Source: an uncultured delta proteobacterium (GTDB lineage Bacteria; Myxococcota; Myxococcia; Myxococcales; Myxococcaceae). Taken from it: a DNA stretch of 64,000 nt. Both the position numbers and the translations under genes were made by a program. This document shows positions 60,391 to 64,000 of the stretch, piece after piece; within the stretch, counting starts at the first letter, position 1; each line of letters opens with the position of its first letter. The notes under the pieces were generated by a model. It was not told the origin of the DNA. It ran no database searches and saw nothing but the letters and a program-made list of their open reading frames with translations. Location of the stretch: positions 352,001 to 416,000 of the forward strand of contig CAWCKH010000004.1 in assembly GCA_963796055.1 (NCBI GenBank). Direction: 5' to 3'.

Positions 60391-60975
60391 ATGAGCGCTC
60401 CCGGCGGTCTCGACCTGACGCTCTATCGACTCCTGAACCACGACTTCGGCCCGGCCGTCGATGCGGCGACGCGGCTCCTGAGCAGCCGCGGCTTCGGCCT
60501 TCTGGCGCTGTCCGCCGTGGTGCTCGGCCTGGTCTTGCGATGTGGCAGAAGAGGCCTCTGGATCGCCCTTTCCCTGCTCTGCTCGCTCGGGCTCACCGAC
60601 CTCCTCGGTGCGCGGCTCCTCAAGCCGCTCTTCACGAGACCGCGGCCGATTGACGTGCTCCCGGCCGGTACGTTCCGCCGGCTGGTCGAGGTGGCCCACG
60701 GTGGGTCGATGCCGAGCCTCCACGCGTCCAACGCCTTCAGCGTCGCCGTCTTCCTGTGGCTCGTCCGGCCATCGCTTGGCGCACCGGCCCTGGTGCTGGC
60801 GACGCTCATCGCGCTGTCCCGGGTCGTGGGCGGAGTCCACTGGCCGAGCGACATCGTGGCCGGGGCGCTGCTGGGGGCGCTGGTGAGCGCGGCCGTCTGG
60901 CTCGGCGTCAACCGCTGGCGCCGTGCGCGGGGACAGCCTGTTCTCCAGGATCTCGTCCGAGAACCTCCACGCTGA
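60391..60975 (+). CDS. PAP2 family phosphatase
   Basis: KPLFTRPRP, SMPSLHA, SRVVGGVHWPSD. Confidence 0.9.
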   Translation: MSAPGGLDLTLYRLLNHDFGPAVDAATRLLSSRGFGLLALSAVVLGLVLRCGRRGLWIALSLLCSLGLTDLLGARLLKPLFTRPRPIDVLPAGTFRRLVEVAHGGSMPSLHASNAFSVAVFLWLVRPSLGAPALVLATLIALSRVVGGVHWPSDIVAGALLGALVSAAVWLGVNRWRRARGQPVLQDLVREPPR

Positions 60976-61122
60976 GGGCGGGCTTCGAGGGGCGCGCGCG
61001 CGGACGCATCCACGGACATTGGGACAACGTGGTTGGTGACGGACCGCCGTTCATCGCAGATCCGAGACCGTTCCCGGATTCGGCTGGCCGGGCTTCCTCG
61101 CAACCGGCTAGGGCCGCCCGCC

Positions 61123-63177
61123 ATGCCCTTCCCCCCGCGTCTTCTCCTGCTCGCCATCGTGGTGGCGGCGACTGCCACCGCTGTACCGATCGCGCCGCCC
61201 TCTGGCAGCGGAATAGACATCGGAGCCATGGACCGCTCGGTGCGCCCGGGCGACGACTTCTTCGCCTACGCCAACGGGAAGTGGCTCGCGACGACCGAGA
61301 TCCCACCTGACCGTTCCACCTGGGGAGCTTCCGGCGAGCTCGAGGAGCGGCTCCGCAGCCAGACCCGGGACCTCCTCGAGGCCTCCGCCCGCTCGAGCCC
61401 CGCGCCTGGCTCACTGGAGCGGAAGGTCGGCGATTTCTACGCCTCGGCGATGGACGAGGCCGCGGTGGAAACGAAGGGCATCGCGCCGCTCAAGCCCGCC
61501 CTGTCGCGCATCGCCACGGTGAAGACCCGCGCCGATCTGGCCACCTACCTCGGCGAGGAGCTCCGTGCCGACGTGGACGCGATGGACTGCACCAGCTTCC
61601 AGACTTCCCGCCTGTTCGGCCTCTGGGTGGCGCCGGATCTGAACGCCCCGGCGCGAAGCGTCCCCTACCTCCTCCAGGGCGGCCTGGGCCTCCCCGACCG
61701 CGAGTACTACCTGTCGACCTCCCCCAAGATGGCCGAGACCCGCGAGAAGTACCGCGCGCACATCGAGGCCGTGCTCGCTCTGGCGGGCATCAAGGACGCC
61801 GCCACCCGGGCCACGCGCGTCTTCGCCCTGGAGACGAAGATGGCCCAGGCGCATGCGACCCGGCTCGAGTCCCTTCAAGTCAAGGACGCGAACAACCCGT
61901 GGCCTCCAAGCGAGTGGACCCGCCGCGCGCCGGGCCTCGACTGGGCTCGCTTCTTCGCCGCGGCAGGGCTCGGGGCGCAGCCAGTCGTCTTCGCCTGGCA
62001 CCCGAAGGCCACTGCTGGCCTCTCGGCGCTGGTCGCCGGGGAGCCGCTGGAGAGCTGGAAGGACTGGGCGACCTTCCACACCATCGATCGCCGCAGCCCG
62101 TTCCTCGGCAAGGCGTTCCAGAGCGAGGGCTTCGCCTTCCACGGTCGGGTGCTCGGCGGGGCGACGGAGCAGGCGGCGCGCTGGAAGCGAGCGCAGGACT
62201 GGCTCAACGCCCTGATCGGCGAGGCGGTGGGACGCCTCTATGTCAAGCGACACTTCACGCCCGAGGCGAAGGCGAAGGCGTCCGCGATGGTGAACTCCAT
62301 CGCCCGGGCCTTCGTCCGCCGCATCGACGCGCTGGACTGGATGGCGCCGTCGACCAAGGCACAGGCCAAGGTTAAGGTGGAGGCGCTCTACGTGGGCGTC
62401 GGCTATCCCGACCACTGGTCGGACTGGTCCGGGCTCGAGGTTCGACGCGGGGACCTGGTGGGCAACGTCGACCGTGCCGAGCGTTTCCAGCTCCGGCAAC
62501 GGCTGGCCGATCTCGGCAAGCCGGTCGACCGGACGTACTGGTGCATGCTCCCGCACGTCGTCAACGCGGTGAACCTGCCGATGCGCAATGCGCTGAGCTT
62601 CCCGGCGGGCATCCTCCAGCCGCCCTACTTCGATCCGGAGGCACCGGCTTCGATCAACTACGGCGCCATCGGCGGGACCGTCGGGCACGAGATCAGCCAC
62701 AGCTTCGACGACCAGGGCGCGCTCTTCGACGCCTCCGGCAAGCTCCGGAACTGGTGGACGAAGGAGGACCTGGCGCACTTCGAGGCCTCCGGCGCCCAGC
62801 TGGCCGCCCAGTACGACGCCTACCGACCCTTCCCGGACCTCCACGTGAACGGGAAGCAGACGCTGAGCGAGAACATCGCCGACCTGGCGGGCCTCGCCGC
62901 AGCACACGACGCATGGCTGGCCTCGCTCGGTGGCCGGTCTGCCCCGATGCTCCAGGGCTTCACCGGTGAGCAGCAGTTCTTCCTCGCCTACGCCCAGTCG
63001 TGGCGGACGAAGTTCCGCGAGCCGATGCTGCGCCTGCTGGTCGTGAGCGATGGCCACGCCCCGGACGCCTACCGCGCGCAGATCGTGCGGAACCTCGATG
63101 CCTGGTACCCGGCGTTCGAGGTGAAGGCTGGAGAGGCGCTCCATCTCGCCCCGAAGGACCGCGTCCGCGTCTGGTAA
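61123..63177 (+). CDS. M13 family (neprilysin/PepO-like) metallopeptidase, secreted
   Basis: PGDDFFAYANG, VNA, HEISHSFDD, ENIADLAG. Confidence 0.93.
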   Translation: MPFPPRLLLLAIVVAATATAVPIAPPSGSGIDIGAMDRSVRPGDDFFAYANGKWLATTEIPPDRSTWGASGELEERLRSQTRDLLEASARSSPAPGSLERKVGDFYASAMDEAAVETKGIAPLKPALSRIATVKTRADLATYLGEELRADVDAMDCTSFQTSRLFGLWVAPDLNAPARSVPYLLQGGLGLPDREYYLSTSPKMAETREKYRAHIEAVLALAGIKDAATRATRVFALETKMAQAHATRLESLQVKDANNPWPPSEWTRRAPGLDWARFFAAAGLGAQPVVFAWHPKATAGLSALVAGEPLESWKDWATFHTIDRRSPFLGKAFQSEGFAFHGRVLGGATEQAARWKRAQDWLNALIGEAVGRLYVKRHFTPEAKAKASAMVNSIARAFVRRIDALDWMAPSTKAQAKVKVEALYVGVGYPDHWSDWSGLEVRRGDLVGNVDRAERFQLRQRLADLGKPVDRTYWCMLPHVVNAVNLPMRNALSFPAGILQPPYFDPEAPASINYGAIGGTVGHEISHSFDDQGALFDASGKLRNWWTKEDLAHFEASGAQLAAQYDAYRPFPDLHVNGKQTLSENIADLAGLAAAHDAWLASLGGRSAPMLQGFTGEQQFFLAYAQSWRTKFREPMLRLLVVSDGHAPDAYRAQIVRNLDAWYPAFEVKAGEALHLAPKDRVRVW

Positions 63178-63185
63178 GAGGAGAC

Positions 63186-64000
63186 ATGAGCCCCCGCTCG
63201 CTGACCCTGACCGCGGTCGCCCTGGGATCGGTGCTGGCCGCCTGTGCCGCCCCGGCCACCGCCGTGCGCCCCTCCGTCCTGCCCATCGAGGAGGGCTTCG
63301 TCGACAACGGAGGCGTGCTGCTCTACTTCAAGTCGGTCGGGCACGGTCCGCCCCTGGTCATCGTGCACGGTGGGCCGGGCGCGTCGCACGACTACTTCCT
63401 GCCCAACCTGTACCGGCTCGCCTCGCGCTACCGGCTGGTGTTCGTCGACGAGCGAGGGTCGGGCCGCTCGCCGCGGCTGGAGGATCCCGACCAGTACACC
63501 GCGGAGAAGATGGCCGACGACGTGGAGGCGGTGCGGGCCGCGCTCCAGCTGGGGAAGATTGCGCTGTTCGGCCACTCGTACGGCGGAGTGGTGGTGCAGG
63601 CCTACGCCTTCAAGTACCAGGAAAATCTCAGCCACCTGATCCTCGGTAGCACCTTCTCCAGCACCCGTGAGCTGAACCAGGCGCTGGCCCGCATGAAGGA
63701 GGCGATGCCGGCGGACAAGCGCGCCCGGCTCGATGCGCTGGAGCAGGCCGGCCTGTTCGACAAGGGCGAGCTGTACGAGCGGGGCCGCTATCCGGACGAG
63801 TACGCCAAGCTCGCCTGGGGCGTCGGCTACTTCCCCAAGCTCTACGGCGCGCACCCCGACGCCAACTACGACCCACTGCTCCAGAACACCACCAACTCCT
63901 GGGAGCTCTATCGAGCCATGTGGGGCTCGCATGGCGAGTTCGTGGTCGACGGGAACCTGACCGAGGTCGAATGGGTCGACCGGCTCTCCCAGATCAAGGT
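63186..64000 (+). CDS. Proline iminopeptidase-like (S33) lipoprotein; runs off the window end
   Basis: Hand translation from ATG 63186: MSPRSLTLTAVALGSVLAAC (lipobox), HGGPG, GHSYGG. Confidence 0.85.
   Translation, partial: MSPRSLTLTAVALGSVLAACAAPATAVRPSVLPIEEGFVDNGGVLLYFKSVGHGPPLVIVHGGPGASHDYFLPNLYRLASRYRLVFVDERGSGRSPRLEDPDQYTAEKMADDVEAVRAALQLGKIALFGHSYGGVVVQAYAFKYQENLSHLILGSTFSSTRELNQALARMKEAMPADKRARLDALEQAGLFDKGELYERGRYPDEYAKLAWGVGYFPKLYGAHPDANYDPLLQNTTNSWELYRAMWGSHGEFVVDGNLTEVEWVDRLSQIK

Overview
High-GC chromosomal window, very likely from a myxobacterium (Anaeromyxobacter/Myxococcales-like; inferred from the FHA-sigma54 activator, a MYXO-CTERM-like tail, DAG-repeat linkers and a Cys-insert ferrochelatase). 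It holds about 60 densely packed genes: TetR plus alpha/beta-hydrolase, a hybrid kinase, M64 peptidase-crcB-DUF190, an aminotransferase, glpD, sthA, dps, a GH63-like glucosidase, two OmpR-type two-component systems, an M1 peptidase operon, a Gld-like ABC module, sua5, hemH, apaG, terC, glgX, treY, LysM-C39, SWIB, an SDR-HAD-LarA-like trio, an FHA-sigma54 activator and a right arm rich in exported peptidases. I recognised no tRNA, rRNA, transposase, integrase or CRISPR-Cas. The most notable signals are: (1) a non-coding element at 972-1220 built from three 37-bp 15-7-15 palindromic units, two with exactly inverted cores, overlapping a 40-bp inverted repeat; (2) a TetR operator-like palindrome written into the N-terminal codons of the downstream gene; (3) an ether-lipid (elb)-like SDR/HAD/LarA trio with no adjacent multifunctional synthase; (4) a Tat-signal-bearing threonine-aldolase homolog; (5) apparently internally deleted genes (DUF1295, FN3/MYXO-CTERM). 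All family assignments are by motif recognition from memory; no database searches were run. Several start codons were moved from the ORF track to more plausible downstream starts.
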